From the NCBI GenBank assembly GCA_040767365.1, contig JAXGOR010000003.1, forward strand, positions 135,826 to 199,825: 64,000 nucleotides of DNA, written 5' to 3'. This document shows positions 58,789-64,000 of this stretch, piece by piece; positions within the stretch are counted from its first letter, which is position 1; each line of letters begins with the position of its first letter. Origin of the DNA: Clostridia bacterium (GTDB lineage: Bacteria > Bacillota > Clostridia > Saccharofermentanales > DTU023). The notes beneath the pieces were generated by a model. That model saw only the letters and a program-made list of their open reading frames with translations. It did not search any database and had not been told where the DNA came from. The translations under genes and the position numbers were made by a program.

Positions 58789-59331
58789 ATGAATGATACG
58801 TCCGACAACCAGGAGGCACTCTGGTACGTCATCCACACCTACTCCGGCTATGAGAACCGGGTGAAGGCTACGCTGGATCTCATCATCGAGAACCGTGGTC
58901 TTCAGGACATGATCCAGGAAGTTCTCGTGCCGACGGAAACGGTGATCGAGATCAAGGATGGCAAGCGCCGGAATGTCGAACGCAAAATATACCCGGGCTA
59001 TGTCCTGGTCAAGATGATCCTGACTGACGAGATCTGGTATATCGTTCGCAATACGCGTGGCGTAACGGGTTTTGTCGGCCCCTCGAGCACCAACCCGGTG
59101 CCCCTCACCGAAGATGAGCTGGGCCTCATGGGACTGGACGAGGAGTGGGAACCTGTCATGGACTATGGCATCGGCGACGATGTCCGCGTCATAAGTGGTC
59201 CGCTGGAGGGCTTTGAAGGCAGGGTGGAAGAGATCAACATGGACAAGAAGAAGGTGACCGTGCTGGTTTCCATGTTCGGGCGGGAGACACCCGTGGAACT
59301 TGAACTGACCCAGGTCATGAAACAAGATTAG
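58789..59331 (+). CDS. nusG: Transcription termination/antitermination factor NusG
   Basis: WYVIHTYSGYE, YPGYVLVKM, VRNTRGVTGFVG, KOW motif VISGPLEGFEG, MFGRETPVEL. Confidence 0.98.
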   Translation: MNDTSDNQEALWYVIHTYSGYENRVKATLDLIIENRGLQDMIQEVLVPTETVIEIKDGKRRNVERKIYPGYVLVKMILTDEIWYIVRNTRGVTGFVGPSSTNPVPLTEDELGLMGLDEEWEPVMDYGIGDDVRVISGPLEGFEGRVEEINMDKKKVTVLVSMFGRETPVELELTQVMKQD

Positions 59332-59409
59332 GCAAAAGGACAGCTCACCCGCTGTCTTGACGCATATAAACGGCCCTCTGGCCGAATAAAAGAAATGGGA
59401 GGTGGCTGA

Positions 59410-59841
59410 ATGGCAAAGCCAGTAACCGCATACGTAAAGCTTCAGATTCCTGCGGGCCAGGCAACGCCGGCGCCGCCGGTTGGACCAGCTCTTGGACAAC
59501 ACGGGCTCAATATCGCCCAGTTTGTCAGAGAATTCAATGAACAAACACAAAAGGACATCGGTCTTATCATCCCCGTCGTCATCACGGTGTACCAGGATCG
59601 TACCTACACGTTTGTCACGAAGACTCCACCGGCTGCCGTGCTCTTGAAGAAGGCCTGCAATTTGGACAAGGCGTCGGGGGAACCCGACAAGGAAAAGGTA
59701 GCGACCGTCTCCTGGTCCGAATGCAAACGCATCGCCGAGATCAAGATGGAGGACACCAATGCCGCTGACATTGAGGCCGGTGCCCGCATGGTGGCAGGTA
59801 CCGCCCGGAGCATGGGCATTGTTGTCGACTACGACAGTTAG
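59410..59841 (+). CDS. rplK: 50S ribosomal protein L11
   Basis: [32 protein letters not shown]. Confidence 0.98.
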   Translation: MAKPVTAYVKLQIPAGQATPAPPVGPALGQHGLNIAQFVREFNEQTQKDIGLIIPVVITVYQDRTYTFVTKTPPAAVLLKKACNLDKASGEPDKEKVATVSWSECKRIAEIKMEDTNAADIEAGARMVAGTARSMGIVVDYDS

Positions 59842-59852
59842 GAGGGACCGGC

Positions 59853-60545
59853 ATGAAACGTGGTAAGCGCTATTTGGAAGCTGCGAAACTCGTCGATCCC
59901 CAGGAGATTTACGAACCGCAGGAGGCCATGGACCTGGTCGTGCAAGGCGCGACAGCGAAATTCGACGAGACGGTCGAGATCCATTTGAAGATGGGGGTTG
60001 ACTCACGGCGGGCGGATCAGCAGATCCGCGGTACCGTTGTACTGCCGCATGGGACGGGAAAAGAATCCCGCATTGCTGTCTTCGCGAAGGGTCCGGCCGC
60101 CGAAGAAGCCAAGGAAGCCGGGGCCGATTTTGTCGGCGCGGAGGAATTGGCCGAGAAGATCGAGAAGGAAGGTTGGCTTGACTTTGATGTCGCCATCGCG
60201 ACACCCGACATGATGGCAGTCGTCGGACGCCTGGGTCGGGTTCTCGGGCCGCGTGGGCTTATGCCCAATCCCAAGTCGGGGACAGTCACCCCGGATGTGG
60301 GGAAGGCGGTCAGTGAGGCCAAGGCCGGAAGGATCGAGTACAGGCTCGAAAAACAGAATATCATCCACTGTGCCATCGGCAAGGCATCGTTCGGGGTGGA
60401 GAAGCTCCTCGACAACTACGACGCGCTTCTGGACGCGGTTATCCGCGCCAAGCCGGCGGCCGCCAAAGGCCAGTATATACAGCGTTGTACCCTGACCAGC
60501 ACCATGGGCCCCGGTATCCGGACCGCCCCCAAGCTGTCAAAGTAG
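59853..60545 (+). CDS. rplA: 50S ribosomal protein L1
   Basis: [37 protein letters not shown]. Confidence 0.98.
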   Translation: MKRGKRYLEAAKLVDPQEIYEPQEAMDLVVQGATAKFDETVEIHLKMGVDSRRADQQIRGTVVLPHGTGKESRIAVFAKGPAAEEAKEAGADFVGAEELAEKIEKEGWLDFDVAIATPDMMAVVGRLGRVLGPRGLMPNPKSGTVTPDVGKAVSEAKAGRIEYRLEKQNIIHCAIGKASFGVEKLLDNYDALLDAVIRAKPAAAKGQYIQRCTLTSTMGPGIRTAPKLSK

Positions 60546-60594
60546 ACGCCGCCCGGCTACCGGCCGGGTACAAAAACAGATAGAATACCTACGA

Positions 60595-60660
60595 CGCCGA
60601 AGAAAGCAGGAATCCCGATCCAGGGATATAAACAGGTCAGGCTGTCCCGCCGAGGTGGAA
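60595..60660 (+). promoter_or_regulatory. Ribosomal protein L10 leader (autoregulatory RNA)
   Basis: CCGAAGAAAGCAGG...CCCGCCGAGG upstream of rplJ matches the L10-leader core as I recall it. Confidence 0.7.
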
Positions 60661-60733
60661 GGACGAACTTTACGCGCGCCCCTCTGCCTATCGCGGAGGG
60701 GTGTTTATATTACGAAGAAGGAGGAAGTGTCGC

Positions 60734-61369
60734 ATGCCCAGTAAGAAAAGACTGGAAATGAAAAAGAAGCAGGTCGACTCGCTTGCCAAGGAATTGGAAA
60801 ACGCCGAGTCGATTGTGATCACGGACTACAAGGGCTTGACTGTCGAGCAGGACACTGAGATGCGGGCGGAATTCCGCCGCCAGGGTCTGTCCTATAAGGT
60901 GGTCAAGAATTCGATCACGGAGCGTGCTTTTGCCAAGCTTGGCATTGAGGACCTCGGCGAGACCATGATTGGTCCGACGGCCCTGGCCTACAGCACGGAA
61001 GACGTGGTGCTGGCGCCCAGGCTTATCCGTCAGCATACCGAAAAATTCAGGAAGATGAGTATCAAGGGCGGCGTGGTAGGCAGGGAGCTTTACCCGCTTG
61101 ACAAGATTTTGGCCCTGTCGCGGATTGAATCCCGCGAGAGCCTCTATGGCCAGCTCCTGTTCATGATGATGTATCCGCTGACAGCTTTCGCGCAGGTCAC
61201 CGCGCAGATCGCGGAAAAGGCGGCGGAGGCTGGAGAAGAAGAGGAAACGGCGGCTCCAGAGGCTGAAACAGCTGAAGCGGAGCCCGCAGTCGAAGAAGAA
61301 AAAGTTGAAGAAACTGAGGGGCCTGAAGAAACCCCGATTATAAAAGAGGAGGAAACTACCAATGGATAA
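60734..61369 (+). CDS. rplJ: 50S ribosomal protein L10 with long acidic C-terminal tail
   Basis: [31 protein letters not shown]; ATG 60734 follows a GAGGAGG RBS. Confidence 0.95.
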   Translation: MPSKKRLEMKKKQVDSLAKELENAESIVITDYKGLTVEQDTEMRAEFRRQGLSYKVVKNSITERAFAKLGIEDLGETMIGPTALAYSTEDVVLAPRLIRQHTEKFRKMSIKGGVVGRELYPLDKILALSRIESRESLYGQLLFMMMYPLTAFAQVTAQIAEKAAEAGEEEETAAPEAETAEAEPAVEEEKVEETEGPEETPIIKEEETTNG

Positions 61370-61748
61370 CGAAAAACTTGCCGGCATTCTGGATGCCGTG
61401 AAAAATCTGACAATTCTCGAACTCAATGAGCTGGTCAAGGCCATGGAGGAAGAGTTTGGTGTCTCCGCCGCTGCCATGGCAGTCGCGGCCCCGGCAGGGG
61501 CTGGCAATAATGCCGGCGGTGCCGCGGAGGTCGAGAAGACGGAATTTGATGTCATCCTGACCAATGCGGGCCAGGCCAAGATTGCCGTCATCAAGGTCGT
61601 GCGTGAGCTCACGGGACTCGGGCTGAAGGAAGCCAAGGCCCTGGTAGATGAAGCGCCCAAGCCGATCAGGGAAAAGATCAGCAAGGACGATGCCGAAGAC
61701 GCGGCCAAGGCGCTCAGGGAGGCCGGGGCCGAGGTCGAAGTCGAGTAG
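61362..61748 (+). CDS. rplL: 50S ribosomal protein L7/L12
   Basis: [40 protein letters not shown]. Confidence 0.98.
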   Translation: MDNEKLAGILDAVKNLTILELNELVKAMEEEFGVSAAAMAVAAPAGAGNNAGGAAEVEKTEFDVILTNAGQAKIAVIKVVRELTGLGLKEAKALVDEAPKPIREKISKDDAEDAAKALREAGAEVEVE

Positions 61749-61822
61749 ACTGGTCGATCAGTTCATTCAAGTCCGGAGGCGGCGCCATCAATCGAGGGCG
61801 CCGTTTCCATTCCCGGGGAAAA

Positions 61823-62350
61823 TCAGAGGGCCTTCTGCCGATTCTTGAGGGGGAGGGCCTCGGCTGGCCGGGCAGCGCCTTCTTCCTGTCTGGGCCTTAC
61901 CAGATAGTGATTCTCGAACTCATGGGCAAATCGGTTGAGTCGTTTCAGGATCTGCCTGCGGGCGATGATGCCCTTGAAGGTGCCTTCACGGTCGGTTACG
62001 CAAAGGAAATTGGCGTTGACCAGGAGGCGGAGGATGTCCTCCAGGGGTGAGTCAGTGAAAACAAGGGCGACTTCCTTCTCCATGACATCCTTGACTTTTT
62101 TCACGTCCAGCTGATCCCAATGGTAGTTGTCATCGCCCAGGATACCGTTGAAGATGGCGGGCATACCGATGATACCAGCCAGGCGAGAGGAATCATCCAA
62201 GACGGGGACGGAGGTATAACCGACACTGGAGAGGAGTAACATAGCGTGCATCAGGGTGTTTTCCGTCCGGACGGTCGCGCAATGGGCCGCTTCGATCATA
62301 AGGGGATCGTCCCCCTTCAACAGAAACGGGCCGATGTGTTTTCCTATCAT
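61823..62350 (-). CDS. Tandem-CBS protein resembling the c-di-AMP receptor DarB/CbpB (YkuL)
   Basis: MIEA, NTLMHAMLLL..VGYTSVPVLD..RLAGIIG and FLCVTD..FKGIIARRQILKRLN match B. subtilis YkuL/DarB as recalled. Confidence 0.75.
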   Translation of the reverse strand: MIGKHIGPFLLKGDDPLMIEAAHCATVRTENTLMHAMLLLSSVGYTSVPVLDDSSRLAGIIGMPAIFNGILGDDNYHWDQLDVKKVKDVMEKEVALVFTDSPLEDILRLLVNANFLCVTDREGTFKGIIARRQILKRLNRFAHEFENHYLVRPRQEEGAARPAEALPLKNRQKAL

Positions 62351-62524
62351 TAAGGAACCTCCCTTTCTTGCTTCTTACAGAATACAGTAAATTAGGGCGG
62401 GAATCTCAAACAAATTGTGAACATTGTCAGATAAGCCGATCCTCCGGCCTGGTTTCAAGGGGGTGGCCGGCTTCCGACTGCTATACTGTCCCCATCCCGC
62501 GGAGGGACAAGGAAGGAATAGCCT

Positions 62525-63292
62525 ATGCGGTTCAGGGACTATATGGTGAAGGGGGCGAGACTGGCTTTTCTTTTGATTGGCCTGGCGGCCCTGGCGGTCG
62601 GCCTGGGTATGATTCTGGTCAAACGCGTTATTGTCCGGGCTTATTTTGTCGCGGCGCTGACGGCCTTCCTGTCACTGATCGCCCTCCATCTGCCTGACTA
62701 TCTCACCCACAAGGACTATTTGGTGGTGCCGGTTTTCCTGGAGATTATCTTCACCCTTTTTGTCCTCTGCTCCGTCCTCCTGGGCAGTCTCCTGAACTTC
62801 TACCAGCGCTTCCCCTGGTGGGATACCCTGCTACACTTCGTTTCCGGCGGTCTGCTGGGCATCGTTGGCCTTCTCCTTTTCATGTCACTGACCCGTAACC
62901 AGAGTACCCGGAACCTGGTTAATCCCGCCGCCATCGCCCTCTTCGCCTTCTGTTTTTCCATCACCTGCGGTGTCCTCTGGGAGGTCTATGAGTTTGTCGG
63001 CGATTCCCTGTTTGGGATGAATATGCAGCGTTGGCAGTCAGACTTGCCGGCCGGGGACCTGCTTGCCTTGAGAAAGCTTTCGAACCGCTCCAATCCCGGT
63101 TTGATAGATACCATGACTGATTTGATAGCGGGCGGGTTTGGCGCGGGCCTGTCGGTTGCCTTAAGCTTCCCCTTCATCAAGAGGAGGAGCAACTTTGAAA
63201 GAACCGGACTCACGACGGGGGATCTCTCACGCCAAATGCGGGAAGGGTCCCCGGCTGGACGCCCGGACCCCGGCTGTGATAGACTCCAGTGA
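62525..63292 (+). CDS. Hypothetical integral membrane protein (DUF2238-like)
   Basis: About six TM segments with WWDTLLHF, LWEVYEF and DTMTDL motifs. Confidence 0.7.
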   Translation: MRFRDYMVKGARLAFLLIGLAALAVGLGMILVKRVIVRAYFVAALTAFLSLIALHLPDYLTHKDYLVVPVFLEIIFTLFVLCSVLLGSLLNFYQRFPWWDTLLHFVSGGLLGIVGLLLFMSLTRNQSTRNLVNPAAIALFAFCFSITCGVLWEVYEFVGDSLFGMNMQRWQSDLPAGDLLALRKLSNRSNPGLIDTMTDLIAGGFGAGLSVALSFPFIKRRSNFERTGLTTGDLSRQMREGSPAGRPDPGCDRLQ

Positions 63293-63319
63293 GCCAGCAC
63301 AAGCGGAGGTAGCGTCTTT

Positions 63320-63514
63320 ATGGCCGACAAGAAAGACAAGGGGCTCCATGAGCCGGAAAAGGTGGATCTTCCCTGTTCATCCTGTGATCAGGAAGTGCCG
63401 GGTTGCGACGCCTGCGGTGGCAGGCGGGAGAAGGCCGGGACCTGGTGGTATATCATCGCCCTGCTCATCATCCTGATCCTGGCGCTTGTTTTTAAACGGC
63501 CGGGCGGCAGCTGA
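63320..63514 (+). CDS. Small Cys-rich membrane protein (CxxC-x6-CxxC + TM)
   Basis: GGAGG RBS, 64 aa, followed directly by a terminator. Confidence 0.6.
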   Translation: MADKKDKGLHEPEKVDLPCSSCDQEVPGCDACGGRREKAGTWWYIIALLIILILALVFKRPGGS

Positions 63515-63525
63515 GGGCTTCCCTG

Positions 63526-63549
63526 GTGACCGGTCCGGTCACTTTTTTT
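63526..63549 (+). terminator. Intrinsic terminator
   Basis: GTGACCGG-T-CCGGTCAC followed by T7. Confidence 0.75.
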
Positions 63550-63666
63550 GCCCACATTCGAATTGGATACGCGGGCTGGTCCCGGGAGTGCTAGACTATT
63601 TTAGGCAGGGATCTGCCGGGAATCCGGCGGATCCCTGCCCGAGAGTCTTAGGAGAGGGAGATCCCA

Positions 63667-64000
63667 TTGGCAATAGAATCCTTTAAAGACAGGCACATAC
63701 TTGACGGCCCCATCACTCCCGTGCTCTTCTCTGTCGCGGTCCCCCTCATGATCAATAACCTGATCAACTCCCTCTACAACCTGGCGGACGGGCTTTGGGT
63801 CGCCCAGCTTTCCCTGGTTGAGTTTGCCGCCACCAGCTTTGTCTGGCCACCCCACTATCTCTTTGTCTCACTTGGCATCGGTGTCGCCATTGCCGGAACC
63901 GCAATCATCTCGCAATTGATCGGGGCTGATGAGAAGGAGCGGGCCGAGTCCTACGCGACCCATATCTTCGTCTTCTGCCTGATCCTTGGGGTAAGCTTCT
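63667..64000 (+). CDS. MATE-family efflux transporter, 3'-truncated by window edge
   Basis: Manual translation from TTG 63667: ILDGPITPVLFSVAVPLMINNLINSLYNLADGLWVAQL..AIAGTAIISQLIGA. Confidence 0.85.
   Translation, partial: MAIESFKDRHILDGPITPVLFSVAVPLMINNLINSLYNLADGLWVAQLSLVEFAATSFVWPPHYLFVSLGIGVAIAGTAIISQLIGADEKERAESYATHIFVFCLILGVSF

Noticed and set aside
58771-60204. 477-aa minus-strand ORF and similar long antisense ORFs (e.g. 7517-8887, 26007-27533, 32610-34601, 43571-45526)
   Set aside because: Shadow frames of conserved GC-rich genes on the opposite strand; no independent motifs.
1-64000. CRISPR array, prophage, integrase or toxin-antitoxin module
   Set aside because: No regularly spaced repeat-spacer run and no phage, integrase or TA-like ORFs were seen.

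Overview
GC-rich (~60%) Clostridia-like (Bacillota) chromosomal window, mostly housekeeping genes. It runs: groEL 3' end, mutY, a cdaA(-cdaR)/glmM locus, two tRNAs, a TetR/MMPL/heptad-repeat module, a complete B12-dependent glutamate-fermentation (3-methylaspartate/citramalate) gene set, mgtA, cell-wall hydrolases, pgk-tpiA/gpmI/nifJ, dnaD/dnaC-like genes, and rpmG-secE-nusG-rplKAJL. Two copies of a ~1.72 kb IS30-family element each carry a 13-bp target duplication; one interrupts mscL and the other borders a low-GC islet. The best leads are: (1) an uncharacterised P-loop plus tRNA-synthetase-editing-like protein coupled to citXG, where no citC ligase is visible; (2) a single-chain triple PII-like protein coupled to a DUF1538 membrane protein; (3) a natural CdaA-CdaR fusion followed by a catalytically dead amidase; (4) a second dead cell-wall hydrolase (NlpC/P60); (5) a PGK-TIM fusion whose PGK half looks degenerate; (6) a low-GC central patch in the MMPL partner protein. 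Several single-base frameshifts (HI0933 gene, gpmI, IS copy 1) may be consensus errors. All family calls come from motif recognition by eye; no database searches were run.
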